64,000 bases of DNA, taken from NCBI GenBank assembly GCA_027622665.1, contig JAQBYT010000002.1:256001-320000 (forward strand), read 5' to 3'. Under the pieces are notes generated by a model, which ran no database searches, was not told the DNA's origin, and saw nothing but the letters and a program-made list of their open reading frames with translations. This DNA comes from Verrucomicrobiota bacterium (GTDB lineage Bacteria; Verrucomicrobiota; Verrucomicrobiia; Opitutales; Seribacteraceae). Shown one piece after another: positions 19,100 through 29,220 of this stretch; position 1 is the stretch's first letter, and each line of letters begins with the position of its first letter. Made by a program: the position numbers and the translations under genes.

Positions 19100-19311
19100 G
19101 TGATTTCCCTCTTAGCTTAACCCTTCCTGGATTATTAATGTTAGTGAGGTAATCCCTGCGCTCTTAATTTCTTCCATGTTTTTTTTACAATTCTTATATT
19201 GGAAGCGGTCAAGGAAGTCATCTTTCTTATGTATTTCAAACACTTGTTTTGGTTTCCGGATGGCCGTGGAGGCAAAGTATGCCAGCTATAATCTTCAAAA
19301 CCTATTTTTTT

Positions 19312-20808
19312 ATGAAAAAAATCTACCCACTCTCCCTAACTAGTCTGAGTTTGCTTTGTTCTCATTTAACCTGGAGTTCGGAGTCTTGGACTATTGAATC
19401 GACCGTGGAATGGGCGGACGGTGTCGAGTCTAGCGAAGGCGTCACGATTCAAAAGGGGGTTGTTTCCCCCACCGAAAAGGCTGGTTCTCTGCGAACTAAG
19501 ATGAAGACCTTCCAGGAAAAGCGCTCGGCGAAGTCTCTCACCATCGAGCAATCGGCTCTTTGGCAAAACTGGGAAGCGAAGCCCCGGGTCGGACCTAAGA
19601 ACCTTCGGGACGCGCCCGTGTTTCTTACCATGGGCCCCGGGGACTACTGGATGTTCGGGCGTTACGGCGGTATGCCGAAGAAACGTAAGCAACCCTTTGA
19701 GGCCAAGGATGCTAAACTGGATGGGTTCGACGTCCCCTTGACAACCACCCCCATTCCTACTCAGTTCAATGCCCCCGGCGGTCTTGTCAAAGGACAAGGG
19801 GGGTACCATGCCTGGCAGAGCAAGGACATGGTACACTGGGTGCATCATGGATGCGTGACTCCCGGGTTCGCCAAATGGGTGACCACGGCCGAGCAGGTCG
19901 ACGGAAAGACCTTCATCTACTACGACTTCCCCAACGACCAGGACCCCCACCTCTTCATCGACGAAGACCTAACAGACGGCAAGCCGGGCAAGAACATGGG
20001 TATCGCCCTCAATGATCCGTCCCATGGCTCGGACTGCGCCGTAATCCGCGACCTCAAGGGCAAGTTCCATATCATCTTCGAGGACTGGAGCCCGATCAAT
20101 GCCCGCAAGCATTCATGGGATTCACCGCTCGCCGGCCATGCCGTCAGCGCGAATGGAATCAACGGATACTCCATCGTGGACCCCGCTGTGGACGAAAGGA
20201 CCAAGCCGACTGGCAAGATAGCCGAATACCTTCACCCGCATTGGGCCAAGGAGGACCCGAAAAGGTTCAAGAGCAACGTTGCGAAATACGAGGTCCACGA
20301 GCCGGTGCAAAACGCTTATGGCGACTGGGCCGCGATTTCAATTGGCGGACAATACTACCTCTTTTGCGACTTTCATCCGGCCAACAAAGGAATCCGCATC
20401 GCTTGGTTCACTTCCTCGAGCATCGACAAACCCTTCTCCTTCTGCGGGGAAATCGGCAAGGGCCATCCCGATCCCGATATCGGGTTCGCGGAGGGGCGCT
20501 TCTACTTAGTCACGCAGACTTCCAACGATTACGTCAGCCCCGGACCCTGGGTGGAGAAGGTGGAGGCACGGGTTGGCGTGGATACCAACAAGGACGGCAA
20601 GGCCGACCAGTGGACTGAGTGGCAGGAAGCGAAGGAGAGCTATGACTACGTCAAGGGCTTCTCCAAACAGGTCAGCAAAACTCCCGCCCAACTCGACCTC
20701 TCCGATTTGCCCGCCGGTTTCGGGTTCCAAGTCGAGTTGAAGTTGGCTGATACCACTGCCAATGCTTCCAAGCCCTTGGTCGAGTCCCTTGAGCTTTCCC
20801 TGGAATAG
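19312..20808 (+). CDS. Secreted putative five-bladed beta-propeller glycoside hydrolase-like protein (GH43/GH32/GH117-like fold)
   Basis: Start trimmed to MKKIYPLSLTSL. DAPVF, AWQSKDMVHWVHHG, GSDCAV and GHPDPDIGFAEGRFYLVTQ resemble propeller blade motifs. Confidence 0.6.
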   Translation: MKKIYPLSLTSLSLLCSHLTWSSESWTIESTVEWADGVESSEGVTIQKGVVSPTEKAGSLRTKMKTFQEKRSAKSLTIEQSALWQNWEAKPRVGPKNLRDAPVFLTMGPGDYWMFGRYGGMPKKRKQPFEAKDAKLDGFDVPLTTTPIPTQFNAPGGLVKGQGGYHAWQSKDMVHWVHHGCVTPGFAKWVTTAEQVDGKTFIYYDFPNDQDPHLFIDEDLTDGKPGKNMGIALNDPSHGSDCAVIRDLKGKFHIIFEDWSPINARKHSWDSPLAGHAVSANGINGYSIVDPAVDERTKPTGKIAEYLHPHWAKEDPKRFKSNVAKYEVHEPVQNAYGDWAAISIGGQYYLFCDFHPANKGIRIAWFTSSSIDKPFSFCGEIGKGHPDPDIGFAEGRFYLVTQTSNDYVSPGPWVEKVEARVGVDTNKDGKADQWTEWQEAKESYDYVKGFSKQVSKTPAQLDLSDLPAGFGFQVELKLADTTANASKPLVESLELSLE

Positions 20809-20811
20809 CGC

Positions 20812-21309
20812 ATGAAAAACATACTGCCCCTCTTCTGTCTCTTGGCGAACTCGTTGGCAGGTGCCGACAAGCCCAACGTCGGGGTGATCTATGCCGACGA
20901 TCTCGGGTATGGTGATATTCAGTGCTACAACCGGGAACGCGGAAAGATCTCCACGCCACACGTCGACAAGCTGGCTTCCCAAGGCATGCGTTTTACCGAC
21001 GCTCATTCATCGTCCGGTGTGTGCACCCCTTCGCGGTACACGATATTGACCGGGCGCTACCATTGGCGGTCACGTTTGCAGAGCGGCATCGTGAGTCTGT
21101 GGGGAGCTCCGTTGATCACGCCGGATCGATTGACCATCGGCGGGTGGGTCAAGAAGCATGGCTATCGCACGGCCTGCATCGGCAAGTGGCACTTGGGTTG
21201 GAATTGGCCGATTGCCAAGGAGAAGATGAAGTATTTCAACTTCTGCCTTTCGAAAAGCATTCTCAAAACATCAAGAAACGAAGAGCTGAGCTCAGCAAAG
21301 ACTAATTAA
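20812..21309 (+). pseudogene. Truncated arylsulfatase (N-terminal third only)
   Basis: Signal peptide, [13 protein letters not shown] and GKWHLG, then an unrelated 23-residue tail and a stop at 165 aa. The C-terminal metal-binding D-N/D-H motif is absent. Confidence 0.8.
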
Positions 21310-21401
21310 GCCAATGGCATCGCCGTTCGCTGTTGCCTTGTGCAAAACCGACGGGCAGTTGTACTTCATTCAAAATGGTAACGCGAATGACCCAATAAGA
21401 A

Positions 21402-22457
21402 ATGAACGACTTGAAGATAATTGTGGAACTTTCGCACGAGTTCGGCACGCCGGACTATGTGAAGGGCGGGGGAGGCAATACCTCCTTCAAGAACGAGACC
21501 ACCTTGTGGGTGAAGCCGTCGGGTACTACCTTGGCTGGCTTGAGAGAGGAGACCTTCGTGACCCTCGACCGAGCCAAGGTGAACGAACTCTACGCCGTGG
21601 AGACTCCCACCGAGTCCCACGCCCGCGAGGAACTGGTCAAGAACTTCATGGGTGAGGCGGTGCGTAACGATGCGGGTCGTCCCTCAGTGGAGGCGCCCCT
21701 GCACAATATCCTCGAGACCAAGTTCGTGGTGCATACGCACGCCCTGTTGGTCAACGGGATGACTTGCGCCAAGGATGGGGAGGCTGTCAGTAAGCGGCTT
21801 TTCCCCAATGCCCTCTGGGTCGAATACATTGATGCCGGCTATACCTTGTGCATGGAGTTGAAGGGGCGTATCGACCAATACAAGCAGGAGCGTGGGGGAA
21901 TTCCCAAGGTCATCATGCTCAAGAACCACGGAATTTTCGTTTCGGGGGACACTGCCGAGGAAATACGTTCGCTCTACGCCGGCGTGATCGATCCCTTGCG
22001 GGCCGAGTACGACTCCTTGGGCGTAAACGAGGATCTGGGGATCGACGAAACAGGGCAAGACCCGGAAACTGAATTGAAAATCCGGCAGGTCTTCGGTGAA
22101 GATGCCCAATTCATAGACTCTTCGGGATTATTCGAGTGCGTGCCCGGACCCATCACCCCCGATCATCTGGTCTATGCCAGAACTTATCCCTTTACGGACG
22201 AACTCACCCAAGGAAATGCCGATGGCTATCGGGCCAAGTACGGTTTTGCCCCCAAGGTGGTGATTCATGGCGATCGTGTATATGGACTCGGGGTTACGGA
22301 AAGGAACGCCGGACTTGCTCTTCTCTTCGCTCAGGACGCGGCACAGGTGATGAAACTGTCGCATGCCTTCGGCGGACTCGAGTACATGAGCGACCGGGCC
22401 CGCGAATTTATCGAGAACTGGGAAGTGGAGTCCTACCGCCAGGCGGTGGCCAGTTGA
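21402..22457 (+). CDS. Class II aldolase/adducin family protein (rhamnulose/fuculose-phosphate aldolase-like)
   Basis: GGGGNTSFK, VKPSG, RPSVEAPLH, HTH, LKNHG, TPDHLVY and IENWEVESYRQ. Confidence 0.85.
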   Translation: MNDLKIIVELSHEFGTPDYVKGGGGNTSFKNETTLWVKPSGTTLAGLREETFVTLDRAKVNELYAVETPTESHAREELVKNFMGEAVRNDAGRPSVEAPLHNILETKFVVHTHALLVNGMTCAKDGEAVSKRLFPNALWVEYIDAGYTLCMELKGRIDQYKQERGGIPKVIMLKNHGIFVSGDTAEEIRSLYAGVIDPLRAEYDSLGVNEDLGIDETGQDPETELKIRQVFGEDAQFIDSSGLFECVPGPITPDHLVYARTYPFTDELTQGNADGYRAKYGFAPKVVIHGDRVYGLGVTERNAGLALLFAQDAAQVMKLSHAFGGLEYMSDRAREFIENWEVESYRQAVAS

Positions 22458-22494
22458 TCGGCGCGCGTGGATTCAATCCACGCCATCTTTTTAT

Positions 22495-22524
22495 TTGACC
22501 CCTTGGCTTTTCTGCGAATATAAA
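22495..22524 (+). promoter_or_regulatory. Candidate sigma70 promoter of the DUF1501 gene
   Basis: TTGACC-N18-TATAAA, ending 14 nt before the ATG at 22538. Confidence 0.3.
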
Positions 22525-22537
22525 TCGCAGTGATTTC

Positions 22538-23932
22538 ATGAAGGACGCCTGCCTAAATCACCAATCACAGCAGATGTTGTCGCGTCGGCAAGTGCTGCAG
22601 GTTGGTGGCATTGGCGCCATGGGGTTGTCCTAGCCCGGGTTCTTACGGGCGGAAAAACTGCAAAAAGCGGACGGTCCCGCCAAATCCTGCATCTTCATCC
22701 ACCAGTATGGCGGACTGAGCCAACTCGACTCATGGGACATGAAACCCGATGCGCCGCAGGAAATTCGTGGACCCTACAAACCGATCAAAACGGCCACCCC
22801 AGGATTCCATATCTGCGAACTGATGCCTAATCTGGCCAAGTTGTCGGAAGAGTACGCGGTCATCCGTTCGATGACGCACACGGTTGCGGAGCACAAAAAA
22901 GCAAACTCGATGTTGCTGGCCGGCAAGGATCAACCCGCAGCGGATGACCCGTCGTTTGGAGCCATGGTCACCAAGTTGCGTCCGTCAAACACCAGTATTC
23001 CAGGCCATGTGTGGTTGCAGAAATTCGGCGGCGGCGCCGCACCGCCTGATCATACTTATCTGACCGGCGGTCATTAGGGCATGTCGTATGCCCCCATGCT
23101 GATTGGTGAGAAGCATGACGACAATCCTGCGTCACCCGATTTCCGAGTCAGTGCGTTCGATGCGAAGAATGGTTTGTCTGTCCAGCAGCAACGAAGTCGC
23201 CGAGACCTGCTGCAAGATGCTCAATCACTCTCGACCGCTGGGAACGGACCTGAGTTCGAATCATTTGAAATCCATCAGCGAAGAGCGTTTGAACTGTTGC
23301 ACGGACAAGCGGCAAAGCAAGCGTTTGAAATCGAAAAGGAAGACGAACGAGTTAGGGATCGCTACGGCAGAAACCCGCTGGGCCAGAATTTGCTGCTCGC
23401 AAGACGTTTGATCGAGGCAGGTGTGAGACTTGTCAACGTCGCTGCGTGGACGGGGTTGGCTCCTGGAGAGAAATTCGTCAGCGTGGAAACTTGGGACATG
23501 CATGGCAACGCCGACGTAGGCATTTTTGAGAACGGATGGAATGGTTTGCCTTTCGCATTGCCTCGCGCCGACCAGGCGGTCGCCACCCTCATCAAAGACC
23601 TTCGTGATCGCGGTCTGCTCGATTCAACCCTTGTCGTTCTGGTGGGTGAATTCGGTCGCACGCCCAAGATCAGCAAAGGGGCCAAACGCATCGGTCGCGA
23701 TCACTGGCCCAACTGCTATTCCGCTATGCTTGCCGGCGGGGGTGTCAGAGGCGGAAGCGTTTACGGGGAATCAGACAAACAGGCGGGATACGTTAAATCC
23801 AACCCAGTTACTCTGGAGGACTTCACCGCGACTCTTTTCGCTGCGATGAACATCAATCCGTCATCACGGTTGAGTCGGGACGGTTTTACTTTACCGGCTA
23901 GCAGTGGAAATCCAATCCAAGCACTGCTTTAG
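22538..23932 (+). pseudogene. DUF1501 family gene interrupted by two in-frame TAG codons
   Basis: One reading frame from ATG 22538: SRRQVLQVGGIGAMGLS*PG, AKSCIFIHQYGGLSQLDSWDMKP, GGH*GMSY, LLARRLIEAGV, WDMH, GEFGRTP and GRDHWP. TAG at 22631 and 23075; 464 codons otherwise intact. Confidence 0.85.
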
Positions 23933-23981
23933 GGCACAATGCGAAACAGCACCCTCAGTTGCCCTGTAACAGTTTCTCCCC

Positions 23982-26084
23982 TTAATCGATTTTTAGCAGG
24001 TCGTTGACATCCCAGGGCAAGACTCGGCCTTGGTGTTTGATTCGGATACGGGAAACATCGTCCTCCTTCACCTGGCTTTTGCCGCCCCAAGCGGTACGCA
24101 GGTAACTTAATACGTCGGCGATCTGCTGATCCTTCAGGGCTGCCCCTATGCCGGGCATGACTTCGGGGTGGCGGTAGCGGTTGCCGTTCACCTCGATTGG
24201 TCCCTGCACGCCGTGCAGGGCGATCCGAATTAGGCGTTCTTGGGAGCCTTGTACCCAGTCGGAGTCCGCCAGCGGTGGAGCTAGGTTTTCCGCTCCTTTG
24301 CCGTCGGCCAGGTGACAGGTGATGCACAACATGTTGTAGACTTGGACGCCCCGCTTGACTGATTCGCCGTGTTCGCCCTTGGGCATTTTCTTGATCTTCG
24401 GGGGACCGCCGGACTTGGCGATGATCTCACCATTCAGGCGCTTGATCATTTGGTCGCTCAGCTTGGCCACTTGTTCAAACTTGCTCTTTGTCAGAGGTTG
24501 CAGGGCGGCAATCGCCTTGTCCTGTTCCGGTGTGGCTCGCAGTCGTTCGGAGACTACTAGAGCAGTCATTTGTACCTTCTCGTGTTCATCCTCCAAGCCG
24601 TCGGAAATCGTTGCCAAGTTGAGGGAATTCATGCCTTCCAAGGCCCACAGGGCATGGACCTTGGCCAAATGGTTTTCGGTCGAGTTGATCACCTTTTGGA
24701 GGACGGGGATCGACTTTTTGTCGCGGCGCTCGACCAGCAGGCGCTGAGCGGTGTCGCGCCACCATCCGTTGGGATGTGAAAGGGTCTTTACCAGTTCCCC
24801 GACGGAGGCGCTTTGCAGCTTTGGCTGCGTCTTGCTACGCCCTTTGGCCTTGTTGACGATGCGGTAAATGCGACCCATTCCGACCGGCACCTCCAGTTTG
24901 CGTTCCAGAATGTAGGGCTTCAGGTAGAAACTGGTGACGTACACTTTGTGCTGTAGGATACCGCGATAGAGGTCGACCACGTAGATGCAGCCGTCCGGTC
25001 CGTTGTATATGCTGACGGGGCGAAAGCGCTCGTCGGTGGAGCAGAGAAACTCGCGCTTCTCGAAATCTTTGTCCGGAAAAAGTTGGTGAGTGCCTCGGCC
25101 AAGGCCTTTCTCCGTTTCCTTGAACCAGTGGCAGGTCACCGCATTGGCGGCCGGCTCGGGTATGAAGGCGGCTCCGGCATACCCTTCGGGGTAGCGGTCG
25201 GAGCGGTACACTCCAGGACCGGAAATCGCGGTGATGCGGGCGAGGCGGCCGTCCTTGCGCAGCATCTGCGGTTGGTAGCCACGGTTGATTCCTGGGTTGG
25301 GTCTGATCGAGTTGATGTCCACCGTGCCCACCGAGGGGTTGGAAAAGGCGCCGGCTGCCCCGTGATACATGTCCCAGTCGCTATTCAGGTAGCGCGAGTT
25401 GCTGGTGGAGTAGAGCCGTCCGTAATCGTCTTGGCAAATACCCCATTGGCCGCGGAAGCTCGAGTTGCCGGTGATCAGGCTACCGTCGCGGAAGATGAAG
25501 CGCTTGGAACTCTTGGCGTTGTACATCCAGTTGTCGAGGCAAGGCACGAGGCCGTTGTCGGTGTGCTCCACCGGGCCTTGGCGGGCATAGTTGCCGACCT
25601 TGGTCTTCTTGTCGCACTTTAGGTCGCCGTCGGTGTCCTGACAGTACCAGATCACGGGGGGTTCCGCCACCAGTACGCCGCCGTCCACCATGGCGATGGC
25701 CCGGGGCATGATTAGCTCGTCCAAGAAATCCGTCTTCTTGTCCGCCTTGCCGTCGTTGTCGGTGTCCTCGAGCACGACGATCTTGCCCACCTTCAACTTG
25801 TTCTCGTCGGTGCCTGCGACATCCGGCATGTAGCCGCGCATCTCGACCACCCATGCCCGACCGTCGCCGTCCCAGGCCATCGCCACGGGATCCACCACCA
25901 TGGGCTCGGCGGCAAAGAGCTGTAGCTCGAAGCCCGGGGCGATCTTGAAGGTGTCGAGGGCCTTGTCTGCTGCGATCGTGTCCGAGGGACCCAATTCCCA
26001 TTGGCGCCACTTCGGCGGGTCCGCCAATTTTTCGGCGAAGGCGTTAATGCCGACAAGAAGGGATAAGGCGGTTAAGAATTTCAT
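23982..26084 (-). CDS. PVC-type membrane-bound dehydrogenase domain protein (beta-propeller + HEAT + cytochrome c)
   Basis: GFELQLFAAEPMVVDPVAMAWD, EDTDNDGKAD, STDERFRPV, GPDGCIYVVDLYRG, HPNGWWRDTAQRLL and heme motif CITCH. Confidence 0.88.
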   Translation of the reverse strand: MKFLTALSLLVGINAFAEKLADPPKWRQWELGPSDTIAADKALDTFKIAPGFELQLFAAEPMVVDPVAMAWDGDGRAWVVEMRGYMPDVAGTDENKLKVGKIVVLEDTDNDGKADKKTDFLDELIMPRAIAMVDGGVLVAEPPVIWYCQDTDGDLKCDKKTKVGNYARQGPVEHTDNGLVPCLDNWMYNAKSSKRFIFRDGSLITGNSSFRGQWGICQDDYGRLYSTSNSRYLNSDWDMYHGAAGAFSNPSVGTVDINSIRPNPGINRGYQPQMLRKDGRLARITAISGPGVYRSDRYPEGYAGAAFIPEPAANAVTCHWFKETEKGLGRGTHQLFPDKDFEKREFLCSTDERFRPVSIYNGPDGCIYVVDLYRGILQHKVYVTSFYLKPYILERKLEVPVGMGRIYRIVNKAKGRSKTQPKLQSASVGELVKTLSHPNGWWRDTAQRLLVERRDKKSIPVLQKVINSTENHLAKVHALWALEGMNSLNLATISDGLEDEHEKVQMTALVVSERLRATPEQDKAIAALQPLTKSKFEQVAKLSDQMIKRLNGEIIAKSGGPPKIKKMPKGEHGESVKRGVQVYNMLCITCHLADGKGAENLAPPLADSDWVQGSQERLIRIALHGVQGPIEVNGNRYRHPEVMPGIGAALKDQQIADVLSYLRTAWGGKSQVKEDDVSRIRIKHQGRVLPWDVNDLLKID

Positions 26085-26210
26085 TTTTTCCTTTTGGCTA
26101 ACCTATGCAGTGGTTGCGATGCAAAAATGATGCAATTAGATCTTGTCGCCTAGCAAGCGAACATTGACCTTGCTCATTAAAGAAGCCAAACAGGAACGCC
26201 TCTTTACAAA

Positions 26211-28391
26211 ATGAAAAAGCTCCTCCCCTCCCTTTGCTTCTTGTTCACGTGCTTGGCCCAAGCGGCCAAGCAACCCAATATCGTCTTCTTTTTTGCCGAC
26301 GACCAGACCTCCAGCTCGCTCGCTTGCTACGGCCACCCCTTGGTCAAAACGCCCAATATTGATCGCCTAGCCGCGGAGGGCACGCGCTTCGCCAATGCTT
26401 TTGTCAGTCAGTCCATTTGCTGGGTCAGCCGAACTACGATATTGACCGGTCTCACGGGACGAAGCTACGGTACCCCGGGTAGGCATGACGCCGCTCGTCC
26501 CGAGATCGTTGAGGAACTCTACGTCGACCTCCTGCGCAAGGCGGGCTATCGCACCGGTTTTGCGGGAAAGTGGCACGCTAAGATGCCTAAAGGCTGGAAA
26601 GCCGCCGATCACTTCGACGTGTACCAACCGATCGGCCGCAACCCCTTTTACAAGAAGCAACCCGATGGCTCCCTGCGCCACGAGACCGAGCTGATCGTGG
26701 ACCGTGGTATCGAGTTCATCGAGAACCAGCCAAAGGACAAACCCTTTGCCCTCAATATGTGGTTCAACGCCTGTCATGCAGAGGACAGCGACCGTCGGCC
26801 GGGCATCGGGCACTTCCCGTGGCCCCGGGCGGTAGACGGTATGTACGAGGAGGACGAGATCGCACCGCCCCGACTGAACGATTCCTATATCTTCGAGAAA
26901 CAGCCCGATTTCCTCAAGACCACGATCAACCGCGAGCGCTTCTTCTGGCGTTGGAATACCGAGACCAAGTACCGTACCAACATGCGCGCCTACCTCCGCA
27001 TGGTGAGCGGCATCGACAACGCAATCGGTCGCTTCATCAAGGCCTTGGAAGCGAAGGGATTGGCCGACAACACCATCATCGTTTACACCGCCGATAACGG
27101 TTACCATCTGGGCAACCGCGGGTTCGCCGGCAAATGGTCCCACTACGAGGAATCGCTCCGCGTGCCCATGATCATCCACGACCCCCGCGCTCCCAAAGCC
27201 GCCCGCGGTCAAGTAGTGGAGCATGCCGCCCTCAACCTCGACTTGCCGTCTACCTTTCTCGACTGGGCCGGGGTCTCCGTGCCCGAGCGCTACCAGGGGC
27301 TAAGCCTCCAGCCCATCGTTTCAACCGGCAAGGCGGATGATTGGCGCAAGCAGACCTTTCACGAGCATTTCGCGGTGCGTCATCGCATCCCCGCCTTTGA
27401 GGGCCTGCGCACAGACCGCTACAAGTACGTCCGTTACGTCGACGAGGACAACTACGAGTTCCTCCATGACCTCAAGAACGATCCCGACGAATTGACCAAC
27501 CTCGCCCAAGATCCCAAGCATGGCAAGACGCTCAAGCAATTTCGCCAGCTGACGGATAAGCGGGTGGCCGAACTGGGTGGGCCTCTGTCCCCCATGAACG
27601 GTTCCTTGGGAGTTTCCACGCCTCCGCACCCCAAGGCGGCCGCCACCGTGGCCAACCGTCCGGGAGCCAACGGTTTTTCCAGTCTCCTCGGTGGCGGAAT
27701 GCGCGGTTGGTCCGGTGACTCCAAGTTTTGGTCGCTTAAGAATGGAGTCTTGACCGGGAAGGCCGACGGTACGCTCAAGATGAACCATTTCATTACCTGG
27801 AAGGTGGCCACCGTGCGCAACTTCGACCTCAAGGTGAAGGTGCGAGTCTCCGCCGGAGGCAACAGCGGTATCCAGTACCGCAGTGCCCACGCCCCCGAGT
27901 TCGGGCTCGACGTGGTGACTGGTTACCAGTGCGACGTGGTAGCCGACAAATCCCAATACAACGGTATGCTCTACGAGGAAAAGGGCCGACGTATTCTTTC
28001 TCACACGGGGGAGCAAGTTATCGTTGACCCAAAGGGTGAACGCTGGATTGTGGGAAAGTTCGAGGTCAAGGAATTCGCACCCGGCGAATGGCACGAATAC
28101 CGCATCCTGGTCGAGGGCAACCGCCACCGTCACTGGATCGACGGTCACCCCACTGCCGATCTCATCGACCTCGACGAGAAGGGCAGGGCACTCGACGGCG
28201 TGCTCGCCATGCAGGTGCACCGCGGACCACCCATGACGATCGAGTTCAAGGATATGCTCATCAAGCACCTTCCCGACGACCTCCCACTCCTTCAGGTCAA
28301 GGATCATCCCATCCCCGCCGACGCGGTCGGCGTACGCCCCCAAGGGCGGAGGCAAGGGGACTGGAAGCCGCCGGTCTATGGGGAGCGTTGA
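26211..28391 (+). CDS. Sulfatase (S1) fused to a C-terminal DUF1080 domain
   Basis: PNIVFFFADDQ, CWVSR, GKWH, ADNGY and YEESLRVP; then GNSGIQYRS, GYQCD, WHEYRI and AMQVHRGPPMTIEFKD. Confidence 0.9.
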   Translation: MKKLLPSLCFLFTCLAQAAKQPNIVFFFADDQTSSSLACYGHPLVKTPNIDRLAAEGTRFANAFVSQSICWVSRTTILTGLTGRSYGTPGRHDAARPEIVEELYVDLLRKAGYRTGFAGKWHAKMPKGWKAADHFDVYQPIGRNPFYKKQPDGSLRHETELIVDRGIEFIENQPKDKPFALNMWFNACHAEDSDRRPGIGHFPWPRAVDGMYEEDEIAPPRLNDSYIFEKQPDFLKTTINRERFFWRWNTETKYRTNMRAYLRMVSGIDNAIGRFIKALEAKGLADNTIIVYTADNGYHLGNRGFAGKWSHYEESLRVPMIIHDPRAPKAARGQVVEHAALNLDLPSTFLDWAGVSVPERYQGLSLQPIVSTGKADDWRKQTFHEHFAVRHRIPAFEGLRTDRYKYVRYVDEDNYEFLHDLKNDPDELTNLAQDPKHGKTLKQFRQLTDKRVAELGGPLSPMNGSLGVSTPPHPKAAATVANRPGANGFSSLLGGGMRGWSGDSKFWSLKNGVLTGKADGTLKMNHFITWKVATVRNFDLKVKVRVSAGGNSGIQYRSAHAPEFGLDVVTGYQCDVVADKSQYNGMLYEEKGRRILSHTGEQVIVDPKGERWIVGKFEVKEFAPGEWHEYRILVEGNRHRHWIDGHPTADLIDLDEKGRALDGVLAMQVHRGPPMTIEFKDMLIKHLPDDLPLLQVKDHPIPADAVGVRPQGRRQGDWKPPVYGER

Positions 28392-28474
28392 GGGTGAAGC
28401 GCTGGAGCGGTTGACTTCAACTTTTCAATCAATAACTCTCATTTTCCGTCATTGTACTGGAAAGAACGACTCAA

Positions 28475-29167
28475 ATGAAAAAATCACTCCTTCTTTCGCT
28501 CACCCTTTTTGTTCTTTTTCTTGCCCAAAGCATGGCCAAAGAGGGCGTGCAGGGGAAGGAGTTGCCCAAGGTTCTGATCATCGGGGACTCGATCTCAATC
28601 GGGTATACTCCACACGTCATCGATAACCTCAAGGGCGTGGCAGAAGTCAAGCGTCACAAGGGAAACGCCGGTCCAACCATCCGTGGGGTTGCCAGAATCG
28701 AGGAGTGGCTAGGGAAGGAAGAATGGGATTTGATTCATTTCAACTGGGGGTTGTGGGACATGTACGGCTGGGAATATCACAAGGAGGATCGTTCCCCGGA
28801 AGCCTACGGGAAGAGACTCGAGTCTCTGGTCGGTCGCTTGAAAAAGACGGAAGCAAAACTCATTTGGGCGACCACCACGCCTGCCTGCCCGGCCAAAGAG
28901 AAAACGATGGAACGAAGGTTTAATCAAAACATCCGGATATCTCCCGAACTCGAGCGCAAGTATCTCGATGTCGCCCGTGGTGTGATGACAAAAAACGGCG
29001 TGGAGGTAAACGACCTGCATGCTTTCATGAAACCGCAGTTGACCAAGTACGCGATTGCCGCCAACGACGTCCACTTCATCCAGCTGGGTAACCGGAAACT
29101 GGGTGAGCAAGTCGCCAAGGCAATCGAGTCCTTCCTGCCGGAGACGACGGCGGATCCTAAAAAATAA
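28475..29167 (+). CDS. SGNH/GDSL hydrolase
   Basis: Signal peptide, IGDSISIGY, FNWGLWD and DVHF. Confidence 0.9.
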   Translation: MKKSLLLSLTLFVLFLAQSMAKEGVQGKELPKVLIIGDSISIGYTPHVIDNLKGVAEVKRHKGNAGPTIRGVARIEEWLGKEEWDLIHFNWGLWDMYGWEYHKEDRSPEAYGKRLESLVGRLKKTEAKLIWATTTPACPAKEKTMERRFNQNIRISPELERKYLDVARGVMTKNGVEVNDLHAFMKPQLTKYAIAANDVHFIQLGNRKLGEQVAKAIESFLPETTADPKK

Positions 29168-29220
29168 TCTTCTCGCTCCGCTTTTTCTTCAACGTCTCTA
29201 GAAATTCTCTTTTGTCCGCC

